Counted from the stretch's first letter, positions 13,339 through 26,400 are shown. The stretch is DNA of 64,000 nt from Octopus sinensis (GCF_006345805.1 NW_021834219.1:1-64000); one strand, 5' to 3'. Notes: generated from the letters alone by a model not told the origin. Numbers and translations are program-made.

Positions 13339-14012
13339 GCCCTGATACAGTACCAGGCAGTGGCTCTCATGGCTTCTGATCTTAACTGATTGGAAGTGTT
13401 ATCATGTACATTGTTTTGTCTTGTATAAAAGATGGGCTACAGCAAATATTCTGCTCATACCACAGATTTGCTTGTCAGTTGTTTGACCTTAACCAGTTGA
13501 GCATGTCCCTTAGTGGCTGACGATATGTGCATCTTGATCACGAGCAGAAGTAGTGGGGGAGCATCATAGCCATGTGTGAGAAGGATTCTTTGGGGTTTGA
13601 ATAATTCACCTCTGGAAACATGGGTGTTTCGTTCAACGTCCTTAAACAACCCTTATTCAGGGACCTTTTGAGCGGGATGGGTTACTCGATCTGAAGAAAA
13701 TTCTAACTGGGCTCCACCTGCAAGGTCATGTGCTGTTTATCTTGATATGAGATCACCATGTCGCGCACATATGGTTGTGATGCATGTGCCTGGTATACCC
13801 TTATCAGACGGGTAGTCATGATGGGTATACTGGGCTTCGTATATTTTACCCCAGTGTCACTTTGATGGCATGCTCTGCTCGCTCACTCAATAATAATAAT
13901 AATAATAATAATAACAACATCTGGAGGCTGGAGGGTATATCAGCCGAAACGTTGTGTTAACAACAAACAAGATGAGGATAAATATCCGTCAGATGTAAAT
14001 AATGTAAATAAT
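12420..14012 (+). mobile_element. Penelope/Poseidon-type PLE, truncated, with inverted 5' pLTR piece and interrupted 3' end
   Basis: ORF 12858-13175 encodes GIY-YIG motifs (NCVYSIPCSCGRLYKGETCRPFKIRVDE...KSGIADYV) preceded by a LPYVKG-like thumb. 12455-12530 is the reverse complement of the terminal repeat at 13918-14012. Confidence 0.85.
13336..13888 (+). mobile_element. ~550 bp non-autonomous element in (TAA)n, derived from an RLE LINE
   Basis: (TAA)n on both sides. Shares ~130 bp (VEHVLSG-like CCHC remnant) with 8295-8420 and 46390-46525. Confidence 0.55.
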
Positions 14013-14186
14013 TTTCTTTAAGTTGTTTCAGACATTTGACTGCAGCCATGCTGGAGCACCGGCCTCAAGGGTTCCAGCCAACCAAATCGCCCCAGAGCTT
14101 ATTATTTTATAGTATAGTACACACACACATATATATACATATTTATATGTGTGTGTATATATACATATATATATATGTATACACAC

Positions 14187-14223
<37 letters not shown>

Positions 14224-14242
14224 GATAGATAGATAGATAGAT

Positions 14243-14292
<50 letters not shown>

Positions 14293-14365
14293 TCATATGA
14301 ATATGGTACTTAAGTTGAGGCACCAGAATTTAGTATGGTATTATCCATATCATTTAAAATAGGGT

Positions 14366-14580
14366 GATTATAATCAAAATAAGCAGCAAGGATATCTAAA
14401 GCTAATGCAGTACGATCGTTTCATGGGACTCCATTTAATTGAAATTCTGTTTTTTGTGCAGCTGAAGATTGCTCTACATTTTAAATTGAAGTAATGTTTG
14501 CATTGTTCAATTAAATGGAGTCGAATGAAACGATCGTACAACATTACCTCTAGTTATCCTTGTTGCTTATTTTGATTATA
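14366..14580 (+). mobile_element. Foldback mini-element with HHR-like motif
   Basis: ~75 bp inverted arms (TATAATCAAAATAAGCAGCAAGGATA...TTTAATTGAA / TTCAATTAAA...CTTATTTTGATTATA). CTGAAGA at 14462; GAAACGATCGTA at 14527. Confidence 0.7.
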
Positions 14581-14591
14581 TATATATATAT

Positions 14592-14670
14592 AAAATAAAT
14601 AACACTGAAGCAAAGCAACCCTAAATATATAGTGCGTGTGTTTTTATTGGCTAAATTGGCAATATATATC

Positions 14671-14747
<77 letters not shown>

Positions 14748-14876
14748 ATATTATATTGTTATATTTGGGAATGGTCATTTTGCCAATTTAGCCAATAAAA
14801 TCGTGTTTTTATTGGCTAAATTGGCAAAATGACCATTCCCAAATATAACAATATATATATTATATATATATATATG

Positions 14877-14934
<58 letters not shown>

Positions 14935-15580
14935 TATATATTATTATATATATATATATTGTTATATTTGGGAATGGTCATTTTGCCAATTTAGCCAATA
15001 AAAACACACGCACTATATATTTAGGGTTACTTTGCTTCAGTGTTTATTATTTTTACATTAATCTTAATCTTATTTCGGCCAGAGTTCTTTCGTCACACTC
15101 CTGTGACCGCATCAGTGATCCTTTGCTTTCTTCTTTCTTATTTTTGTGTCTCTCCTTACTAACGGTCTCTCCTTACTAACGGTCTCTCCTTACTAACATG
15201 TGTGACTATGTTTAGTAAGTGTGTGTGGAAAGTGACTGTAATATTTGTATCTCCTGTTTATATACGTTTGTGTAATTTGTATTTTGTTTGTTTTTGTTTC
15301 TGTTTATTTTATTTTTATTTTGTTCATATGTTTACTCCTACTTATTATTATTATACTCTTCTCTTACTCTTTTACTTGTTTCAGTCATTTAACTGCGGCC
15401 ATGCTGGAGCACCGCCTTTAGTTGAGCAACTCGACCCCGAGACTTATTCTTTTTTTGTAAGCACAGTACTTATTCTATCGGTCTCTTTTTTCGAACCGCT
15501 AAGTGACGGGGACGTAAACACACCAGCATCGGTTGTCAAGCAATGCTAGGGGGACAAACACAGACACACAAACAAACACA

Positions 15581-15624
<44 letters not shown>

Positions 15625-16020
15625 ATATTTGGGAATGGTCATTTTGCCAATTTAGCCAAAAAAAACACACGCACTATATATTTAGGGTTACTTTGCTTCA
15701 GTGTTATTTATTTTTTACATTAATCTTAATCTTATTTCGGCCAGAGTTCTTTCGTCACACTCCTGTGACCGCATCAGTGATCCTTTGCTTTCTTCTTTCT
15801 TATTTTTGTGTCTCTCCTTACTAACGGTCTCTCCTTACTAACGGTCTCTCCTTACTAACATGTGTGACTATGTTTAGTAAGTGTGTGTGGGTGGGAAAGT
15901 GACTGTAATATTTGTATCTCCTGTTTATATACGTTTGTGTAATTTGTATTTTGTTTGTTTTGTTTCTGTTTATTTTATTTTTATTTTGTTCATATGTTTA
16001 CTCCTACTTATTATTATTAT
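14592..16020. repeat. Cluster of inverted and tandem copies of a PLE-like terminal repeat embedded in (TA)n
   Basis: Unit TTGTTATATTTGGGAATGGTCATTTTGCCAATTTAGCCAATAAAA occurs at 14757 (as a palindrome), 14959 and 15620, and partly, inverted, at 14592-14662. A diverged copy is at ~37530-37745. Confidence 0.8.
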
Positions 16021-16024
16021 ACTC

Positions 16025-16243
16025 TTTACTCTTACTCTTTTACTTGTTTCAGTCATTTAACTGCGGCCATGCTGGAGCACCGCCTTTAGTTGAGCAACTC
16101 GACCCCGAGACTTATTCTTTTTTTGTAAGCACAGTACTTATTCTATCGGTCTCTTTTTTCGAACCGCTAAGTGACGGGGACGTAAACACACCAGCATCGG
16201 TTGTCAAGCAATGCTAGGGGGACAAACACAGACACACAAACAA

Positions 16244-16282
<39 letters not shown>

Positions 16283-16438
16283 TACGACAGGCTTCTTTCA
16301 GTTTCTGTCTACCAAATCCACTCACAAGGCATTGGTCGGCACGGGGCTATAGCAGAAGACACTTGCCCAAGATGCCACGCAGTGGGACTGAACCCGGAAC
16401 CATGTGGTTGGTTAGCAAGCTACTTACCACACAGCCAC
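16025..16438 (-). mobile_element. SINE family A, full length (3' half duplicated at 15355-15585)
   Basis: Head ends GCTACTTACCACACAGCCAC at 16438; internal (TA)n; typical tail. Confidence 0.9.
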
Positions 16439-16485
<47 letters not shown>

Positions 16486-16511
16486 TATTATTATTATTAT
16501 TATCATTATTA

Positions 16512-19500
16512 TTCAGTAGTTTTATTTTTTATAGAGTGCTTTCACTTCACTACTGAGCGCAGCTCTGTGTGCCTTGGGTGCTCTGATGGTTATTGTATGG
16601 GAAGTGTTCTGCGTAGGATGTGTGCAGTGCCTAGTAGTGCAATTTTCTGTACGTTGTATGTGTTTGTAATTCCTGGGGGTTTTGTTATGTATTTGTCTGA
16701 ATATTTTTTTATCATGCCTAATGCAACTACTATGATAGGAATTGTTTCTGTTTTTAGATTCCACATTCTGGTTACCTCCATTTCCAGGACTTTGTATTTT
16801 GAAAGTTTCTCCATTTCTTTTAGAGACACGTTGTCATCTGCCGGTATTGATACATCAATTAGAAAGCATTTTTTTTCTTCATGATCTCTGACAACTATAT
16901 CTGGTCTGTTGGCCTTAATTTCTCTATCTGTGTGTATCGGCATATCCCAGAGTATGGTTGCTTTCTCGTTTTCTGTGACCTTTTCTGGTGTGTGCCTATA
17001 CCATCTTTTTTCTGTTGTTATTTCATAATGTTGGCATAGCTTCCAGTGTATGTAGGTTCCAACTCTCTCATGTCTGGGCAGCCAGAGATAATATGATTTA
17101 TTGTTTCTTGTCCATCTCCACATATTCTGCAGTTACTTGTTATATTTCTTTTCATTACATGTTTTTGGTAATTTCTGGTGGGGAGGCTTTGGTCTTGTGC
17201 TGCAATTAAAAATCCCCCTGTCTCTGATTTGAGTCCTGAGCTTCTCAACCATTGCTGGAATTTTTCTTTGTCTATTTCTTTTGCATTTAGTTTAGTCCAG
17301 TATTTACCGTGGAGGGGTTTTTCTTGCCATCGTTTTATCATGGTTTTTTGCTGTTCTAGTTTTAGTTTGCATTTAATTTGTTTTATAGCTTTTGTTGTTT
17401 CTTCATCTTCTTCTTCTTTATATTTTTTAGGTGGTATGATTTCTTGTTTGTATTTGTCAGCTTCCTTAAATACTGAGAACAGTTTTTTGTTTTGCTTGTG
17501 TTTTGCCGCTATTTGTATCAGTTTTCCTTCCTTCTGAAGTAGATATTTTTGCAGTCCTATGGTTGTTATTTTATAGTAGTTTTCCAGCTGTATAAGGCCT
17601 CTACCACCTTCTATACGTTGTATACATAGTCTTTCTATGTCAGATTTTGGGTGATGCATCCTAGACCCTGTCATTATTTTTCTTGTTTTCCTATCTATTT
17701 TGGTCAGTTCATTTAGTGTCCAGTTAAGGATATTGTAGCTGTAATTTATAACTGGGACAGCTAAAGTGTTAATACCTATTATCTTGTTTTTAGCATTGAG
17801 CTCTGTTTTTAGTATTGATCTAACTCCTCTATAATATTCTTTTTTTATTTTCTCTTTCATTTGTGTGTGTTGTGTCTTATCTAGTTCATGGATTCCTAAG
17901 TATTTGTAAGTTTGGCTTTGGTCTAATTCTTTTATTTCATTGTTTTATCTAGTGTGATGTTGCTACTCTTAACTAGTTTTCCTCTTTTCATGGTTAATTT
18001 GGCGCATTTTTCTAATCCAAATTTCATATCTATTTCTTTGGTAAATCCATGAACTGTCTTTAATAGTGTTTCCAGCTGTTTGTCATTTGCAGCGTATAGT
18101 TTTAGGTCATCCATATATAAAAGGTGGCTGAGCGTTTTGCCGTAACATTTATATCCGCATCCAGTTCTATTTAGCATGTCAGATAGAGGTGACAGTGCCA
18201 AGCAGAAAAGGAGTGGTGAGAGCGTGTCTCCCTGGAATATTCCTCTTCTAACGGGGATGGCTTTGGTTTTCATGAGTCCCTCTTTTGTTTGGAGCTGTAG
18301 CACTGTTTGCCATTTATTCATAGAGTGCCCAATGAATTTTATAATTGTTGGTGCTACTTTGTTAATGGCTAGTGTTTCGATGATCCATGTGTGGGGGATG
18401 CTATCAAACGCCTTTTTGTAGTCAATCCAGGCCATACTGAGGCCTTTCTTCTTTCTGTGGCTGTCTTCAGTTATGGCTTTATTGATCATTAGTTGATCTT
18501 TACAGCCGTATGAGCCTTTGCGGCATCCTTTCTGCTCTTCTAGAAACAGGTTGTTTTCATCTAGGTGCTTGTTCAACCTTTGCGATATCACTGCAGTAAA
18601 TGCCTTGTACATGGTAGGGAGACAGGTTATTGGTCTGTAGTTTTCTGGTTTTGCTGTCTCATTTGATTTGGGAATTAAGATGGTATTTCCCCTTCGTTAG
18701 CCATTCAGGCATTGTCTCTCGCTCTGCTAGTATGTTGTTAAAGTTTTCAGCCAGCTTTTTGTGCATTCTTGTTAGATATTTCAACCAGAAGTTGGGGATC
18801 TTGTCATGCCCAGGTGCCTTCCAGTTGCTTACTCTTTGCAGTGACTGGGTGACCTCTTCAGTTGTTATGGGGATCCAAAGTTGCTCAGATGCTGAGTTTG
18901 TTATTTCAATACTCCTTTTTTTTGGTTGTTCTTTCGCCGACCATATTTCTCTCCAGAATTCTTCCACTTCTTCTGCCGTTGGTTCTGCAGTGATTTCTAT
19001 TTTATTTTTGCCAAGTTCTTGGTAGAACTTTTTGGGGTTGGAGTTGAACTTTTTGTTTTGTTCAAAGAAGCGCTGGCGTTTCTCGCACCGGCGGATCCTT
19101 TGTGCTTTGGCAAGGATATCTTGCTTTAGCTTTTCTTTTATCTCAGGTAAATCTTTTTGTGTGATGTATTTGCGGAGTATTTTTGTTTTCTTTTTGTTGC
19201 TCAGTAGCGTTGATTGTCTACTGATTTCATTAAGAATCGACAGATCTTTTCTTATTTTTTGTATTTTGTTTTGGATGTTATTTATCCACAGGATTTGTTT
19301 GGGTGGTGTTACTCCTGTTTGGACGGGTTTGAGTGAGTATCCAGCTTCTTTTGTGGCTGCAGTGGCTGCTGCGTATACTAAGTTATTTAGCTCAGTGATA
19401 TCGCTTTTTGTTTCAGTGGCTATTAGTTCCGTGACGGCTAGGTTAATGCTGTTTATAATTGGTGTTGTTGTTTCGTCTATTTTGATTTTTGGGAGGTATG

Positions 19501-20528
19501 ATCGGTGGTCCATTTTGAGCTCTGTGGTTTTTAGTTCTTTGATTATTCTACTTTTTATATTATCATATTCATTAGGCTCCTCTTCCTTGTTTCCAGGTTT
19601 TAGATTTGTGTCGTTTTCTTTCTTATTTGTATGTTTGTTTGTCGTGTTGGGAGTGTTACATTTGTCTTCGTGTTTTACTGTTTCAGTGTTTATATTATTG
19701 GGCATTGTTGTGTGGCTTCTATCTACATTTTCCTGATGTATTTTTTCTTTTAGATGTTCTATTTCTATTTCTGATATTTTTTTTGCGTTGAGAATATATC
19801 TCCGTATATTTGCTAGTTTCTTAGGGTTCATTGCTATATCCAAGTCTATATTTATGTTGCTTTCCTTCCATATTTTATATGTATGTGTTGTTGTGTTTTC
19901 ATTCTTTGGGTAGAGCACTGCTGTAAAATAGGCATGTAGGATAGAAATGTATTCCTCACGTGTCCATTTATGTCTTTTGGGTTTTATTTGCGGGACATGA
20001 GGAACAACGTCCGGCCCATTATTTTGACGGTCGTCATTTTCGTAGGGTACCGGTCCGTTCATTTCTGTTGTCACATTGTTTTGCACGTGTAGTTTTTCGT
20101 ACATTTTATGTTGTAAGTTTAATGTACGTACTTCCCGATTGCTATTCTTGGGTTGAATAATATCGGTGTTATTTAATTTCTTAGTAGTTTTTTTTGTACA
20201 TAGTGTTTGTGGTCGGAGATGATCTAGTGTTGATGGGTCGTAATCTACCACGCATGTTTTCATGTGTTGTGTTAGAGGTGGAGATGATATCGAGTTAAAA
20301 TATATCATTTCGTTTCGAAAATAGTAATAAATTTCAATTAGTATCACTTACTCGGATACAGTTCATTCCTTTGTCAGTAAATTTTTGGCTCCATACGATG
20401 TCTTTGTATTCGATGTTTGTGGATAGATTTCGGAGCGCTGTTTTAACGCTCTCACATGTTTAACGTCCCCGGTGCAATCTTCGTTTAACGTCCCCGGTGT
20501 AATCTTGTTTAACGTCCTCGGTGTAAAA
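16512..20528 (-). mobile_element. R4/Dong-type RLE non-LTR retrotransposon, near full length, frameshifted
   Basis: One original ORF split into 18659-20347, 17932-18612, 17018-17860 and 16590-17123. RT motifs WIDYKKAFDSIPH, GIFQGDTLSPLLF, HLLYMDDLK. CCHC finger CRICGDGQETINHIISGC. RLE motif RPDIVVRD..FLIDVSIP..K..KY. (TAA)n on both flanks. Confidence 0.92.
17932..18612 (-). pseudogene. Reverse transcriptase core of the R4/Dong-like element
   Basis: EQKGC, DYKKAFDS, QGDTLSP and YMDD motifs. Confidence 0.95.
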
Positions 20529-20529
20529 T

Positions 20530-20583
20530 TATATTATTATTATTATTATATTATTATTATTATCATTATTATTATTATTATTA

Positions 20584-20619
<36 letters not shown>

Positions 20620-20636
20620 GTATAATAATAATAATA

Positions 20637-20684
<48 letters not shown>

Positions 20685-20770
20685 TAATAATAATAAATAA
20701 TAATGATAATAATAAATAATAATATATAATAATAATAATATAATAATAATAATAATAATAATAACAACAA
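20530..20770. repeat. (TTA)n/(TAA)n microsatellite with an orientation switch
   Basis: TTA repeats up to ~20620, then TAA repeats. Confidence 0.9.
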
Positions 20771-21815
20771 CATCTGGAGGCTGGAGGGTATATCAGCCGA
20801 AACATTGTGTTAACAACAAACAAGATGAGGATAAATATGTGTTTTGAATTATGCAGGCGTTACGGTCTTACCGTTATAATCGTTACATTATTCTTATTAA
20901 TCATATTAATTTCAGTCGTTTGGATTTTGGGTCACATGACTTTGTTATTAGTATTAATGCTGGTCAAAAGTTTTTACTATGTTTCTCAATAAATACAATA
21001 TCATTTGAAGCACATGGGCTGTTGCTGCTGCTACTGCTACTGCTGCTACGGCTTCTATGTCTATCAACATTTTTCTTTCTAAGAGAGCTATGATCAAAAG
21101 AATTCCTGTTGTGACCTTCACGTCTTCATTCCTGTGCAGATAAGCCCATACCGCGTTATTAAAAACTTCTATTCTCTTAGTTGTATCGGTCATTAGACTG
21201 TGGCCATGCTGTGGCACCGCCTCGAAGAATTTTAATCGATGTATCGACCCAACTACTTTTACATTTGCAGCCTCGAACTTATTTTTTCACTCTAGTTACA
21301 TATAAAGTAACAAACTAAGGAAAAGAGATCCTTCAAAAGGGTGTGTTATACATCCAATTCAATGGTACTTCAGTTCGAAACCATACAAATATTGGTATAA
21401 TGAAATTACAATTATAAATTAAGTATAAAGATACTATTGAAAATCAATTATTTATCTATATTATATTATTACATGATATACTATGAATATAATATAGCTT
21501 AATATTATGTAACATAAACAAGTTGCTTCGACATATGTACATTTTCTGATATACATACACAATAACAGTTCCCTTTTATATAAGTCACTTCAGGGTCATG
21601 GTTTAATTACAGACGACATTCCGTGTGAAAGGACTGCTGTATTGTAAAAATTAATTCATATGTCTATGTATTTATTAACGACCTCGAACCCACAACTGTA
21701 AACAAGAGAGACAGAGAAAGGCAGAAACAAGGAAAATGCCACTTATATTTGAACACTATACAAATATTCTCTTAAAAATCTTTTCTTTTAATTTTTCTAA
21801 ATTTAATTATTTAAT

Positions 21816-21862
21816 CGTTACAGTTGAAAAGGTCTCTAATGACCGAAACCGGTACTGAAATG
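21816..21862 (+). ncRNA. Minimal type I hammerhead-like motif, U3-A8 core variant
   Basis: CGTTACAG-TTGAAAA-GGTC-TCTAAT-GACC-GAAA-CCG-GTA-CTGAAATG. Confidence 0.6.
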
Positions 21863-22923
21863 TTCTTTATAAAATTATTTTAGCATTTTCTATCTTGACT
21901 TGTTTTTTCATATATATCAACTTGTGTGTTCCTTTTCATCCTTATACGTATATATATATATATATTGTATATATTTATAAGTATCTAAGTCTTCCCCTCT
22001 GTATAACTGCAACAAAAAATATATAAACAATTATATCTTCAAAACAACAACTGTCCTATTTGTTTAAATTTTTTGATTGAAAAACAATATTGTTTAAATT
22101 AACTAATAATAATCTTCTATATTTTTTGTTTTCTCGGTGGGATAATACCGTAGTAGATATGAATCGAAACCTATTAAACATTTTCCCTTGTATACTCAAT
22201 TTATCGTAGGGAGAATTCCGTAATGAACATTAATATATATACTTAAGGTTCTAAATGCGATAACCAAAGTACCCCATAGATATATTTTTAAGTTATAGTA
22301 ATGAAAATCAAATAAACATATTTTTTAGGGGTAACTAGATTTGAAGTTACTTAAATAATGATTGTTATCTGTATATTAGAGAAGGGAGAATTTAGTGAAT
22401 CGGTAGAAATCATTAATATAACACAAACAAATAATAAAGGCAATGAATTAATCTATATTATTATTTACAAAACAAGGGACCACATATGGTGCATATCCAA
22501 ATTCTATCAATACTTTCAGAAGTAACAAAAAACATTGTTGTAATAAGAATACAATTTATAAACTATACAATACTATAAAAATTACTATTTTGATTATTAA
22601 ATTTATTAGAGTAATTCAAATGAAACTATCTATTATTATCCTTATTATTATTATAATTATAATCAAGTAAGTAATAAATGAAATACGTGTATTTATACAT
22701 CATTCATTTAATATAATGAAGACATCCTATTTGTGATATGTAATTAATATCAAATACTATTATAATGATAAATTTAACAGTAACTACAAGAATATGCACT
22801 AAAATGAATCAATTCAGAATTGGTACACTAATAATCACTTTTCTAAATTAAGTTATTACATAGATTGGGATGACAAAACTCAAAAATGCACATGTCTACA
22901 CACACAAAAATATATACATACAT

Positions 22924-23007
<84 letters not shown>

Positions 23008-23024
23008 ATACATATATACACATA

Positions 23025-23215
23025 TCGTTAGCCACTACACACATTTTTTTCTCTCCTTGTTTCTCTACTTGTTTTTCTGTGCCCCTTTCTGCAGAAGAGC
23101 GTAGGCTCGAAACGTAAAAGACTTTTACTATTTCTGAGCGTTATATTAATACATCTGTTTGTTTTCTACACCACCTGCCTTCGTCTTTTGTTTTCTCCGT
23201 AAACCCTCCCTGTGT
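23025..23215 (+). mobile_element. Solo terminal repeat of the PLE at 39.1-40.7 kb
   Basis: Reverse complement of ~39160-39340. Other copies at ~36535-36670 (+) and ~56807-56975 (-). Confidence 0.8.
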
Positions 23216-23275
<60 letters not shown>

Positions 23276-23392
23276 TACTGCTATTTAGCCCCAGGAAACA
23301 CCGTTTCCAGCTGACCATGTGAAACAAGCGTTTTGTGTCCTTATGTTTTCAGACAGGGGAGATAAGCACCTCCACCCAGCAAAGCCAAATAT

Positions 23393-23433
23393 CCACAGAC
23401 TAGTTTCAGAGTCATTGCTCTTCATCAGTCTGG
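23393..23433 (-). ncRNA. Minimal type I hammerhead-like motif, canonical core
   Basis: Minus strand CCAGA-CTGATGA-AGAG-CAATGA-CTCT-GAAA-CTA-GTC-TGTGG; palindromic stem III (ACTAGT). Confidence 0.75.
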
Positions 23434-23454
23434 AGTAGCTTGGACTTGGTAGCT

Positions 23455-26400
23455 TGGTTCTTTATTACAGGCACAAGGCCTAGACACAGAGGGGACATAC
23501 AAAGACATGCGGGAACAAAAAACGCATGAAGGATGAATGTGAAATGAATAAAATTACAATGCAATTGAGACGACCATCTCGCCCCCGCTGCGAGATGAAA
23601 TCGTGGATTCCTTTTCCTTAAAACTTTACATTTTATATAATTTGTAGCTTCGCTTTTACCCTACAATTATAAACATTTTAAACAAATGTTCATACAGGAC
23701 TTACATATTTCTTTTCCTTTTTAAACTAAAAGTCACCCAAATATTTATCACAGTATTTAAAATACTTTTGAAAACCTGTTCATTCATCAGTTGCAAGATT
23801 TACTTGTCGAACGTGTCTTTGCATCGCTGCGTCGTTTTTGCTGGTTGAGTGGTTTTGTGATGCTTTGCAGAAGTTTATGAGTATAGCGTCACCATTCTTT
23901 GGGTGAACATTGCTGAGATGGAGAAAATGAAGACATATGCGACAGCAACGGGGAGTCGGGCTTCCGTCGTCTCAGGCCTGCTGAAGCAATACGAAATGTG
24001 CTGGAATGAAGACATGGCTAAGAAATATGGAAAATAGCTAGAGATGGTGCAGAAAGAGAGGCCATCAAAGGAGGAAAAGGCGAAAATGGAAATTATGGTG
24101 GTGGAATATAAATCGTTTTCAAGGAAAAATAAAAGAATACAGAGGCGCAACTAAGGATGCTGTGGAGGAGTGTTTGAAGGAATTGAAGGATGTGTCGTTT
24201 TTCACAAGAGGCAAGAAATACGGGTCTGTGGAGATCAGATTTATTTCAGAGGAGGCAGCAAGGAAATACGCCAATGAGACGTTAACTAGCGGAAATTGGA
24301 TGCTCTTTCCTAAATCCTGGGTAGAAGTCCAACGAGGATTAGGGTGGGTAGGATCCCGCCGAAAATAGAGCCGGAATGGTTAATAGCAGCAATTTTTTTT
24401 CTGGAAAAAAGGAAGAAGTAGAGATAGTTATGATAACCAGAAACCAACAAATAAGTTGTTGGCGGTTTGGTTTGGAGGTGGTTTTCACGGCAAGTCAGAC
24501 AGTATACGATACCATACCGAAGACACTGGAATTGCCAAACGAGGACAAGCTGGATATAATGTTGCTATGAATGTGGCAAAAGAGGTCACATTAGAAGAAG
24601 GTGCCCAGAAATAATGGAAAACATAGAAATGGAAACGCAAGAAGGCGTGATGGAAGAGAAGAAACAGACACGGGAAGAGGAACAGAGAGCTGATTTTGAG
24701 GAAGCTAAGTCAAGGAAGAGAGAATGGAGGAGCTCATCGCCGAAATTTGAACATGGACAGAAATATAAATCACGGGATCAAGTGAGATCACAGAGGAAAG
24801 AAAATACAAGCAGAACATCACCATGTGAACATGCAGACTCACAATCGCTCAAACAAACAGATTTACAGACACATAAACTCATAATCATACATACACACGG
24901 AAGCGTAAAAGCTGACAGAGTTGCAGAAACTAAAAAGCACAGATACAGAGACACAACATGGAGACTTACAATCACACAAACATGCAGACCCGCAGACAAA
25001 AATATATACACAGACATACAGCTACAAATAAATATACAAGAAGAGACACATGATAGTACAGAGTCACAAAAACTAAAAAGAGCAGGCATGCAGACGTAAG
25101 AGGAACGGAATATATTTGATAACAAATCGGTCGACACAAAAAATAGAAATGAAAATAACTAAAATGAAAGACATTGTTAAAGTGAACCTCTCAGATGGTC
25201 ACAATAGGGAGACGAGATGGAAAAAGATAAGTACAGAAAGTTAAAAAAGGCTTTCTCATCAGATATAAACCTACTGGGGCCCGAGGTGAATTTCGAACCC
25301 AGCACTCCAGTGGTGAACTATGAGGAAATTAAGAACTATACAAAATGGTAAGTAGACTTTTATTTTGAAAAGAACTGTTGAAAACTGTTGAAATAATTGA
25401 AATAACGTAACCACCCCGGAGCAGGGCTGGGTGGCCGTCCCATATTCATTATATAATTTCACTATTCCATTCTTTCATGTGTTGTTGTCCCCACATGTGT
25501 GTATTGTCCCATCTATGTTTAGCCGTTGTGGGTAATAAAGAAATCAGTTGCAAAATTTTCTTGATTTTCCTTTTGTTTCTCCATAAAAAGTTCAAATATT
25601 TATTTTTCTTAGGTACAGTCTTTACAAAATTATAATGACTTACCACTTCTGTCTCTCACAATGTCTTTCAATTTTGCAATGTTTTAAGTTGTCGTGTCCT
25701 ATTTCACTATAATTTTTCTTTTTGTTTGTGTTTTTCATGTTGTCTCTTTGTCTCTATATTTCTGCTGTTTTATGGTTTCTTATAATTGCGTCTGTGTGTC
25801 TGTGTGTTCGTTTGACTGTAATTCTACATGTTTCGTCTGTGTGTCTATGTTTTTAGGTTTCCGTAAATCTGAGTTGTCTTCTTTCTGATCTGAATGACTC
25901 TATACTTATAAGTCCTTTACTGGTAATTCTATCGGTAAATTTTCTCCGTTTCTCGTCGTTGGTTGGGTTTCCTCTTCCATTGCTTTACACTTCTTCAATT
26001 CCACGGTAGTCAGTGACTTCCTTCCCTCTCTTTTCCTGGGTCTCACCTCCGCAAAAATCCCGTCATGTTCTCTTTTCTGTTTCTGCATTTTTTCTACCAT
26101 TATATTTTCCTAAACAGTCTCCTCTACCATTTCCACTACTGCTCTAGGGCATTTCTTTTTCAAGTGCCCTCTTTCACCACATCCGTAACACTTTGGGGAG
26201 GGGTCACCCATCCAACATTATTTTCAACTTTTCTCCATTTAGTAGTTTCTGAGATTCCGCCATTTCGTCGTAATATTTCGGCCTCATTTCACAGATTATC
26301 TCTACACCATAGCCCCATTATTTCATTTGTTGTGTTCGGCTTATTTTGCCAATCTTCAGGTCTTCACTTCCCTTCTCCAGCGTTGAATTAAAAATTGCGA

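Noticed and set aside
19032-19736. 234 aa plus-strand ORF, and similar ones at 16201, 17178 and 18630
   Set aside because: Antisense shadows of the R4/Dong ORF.
21960-22880. Very AT-rich segment that may be a decayed PLE coding region
   Set aside because: No motif could be read reliably, so it is left unannotated.
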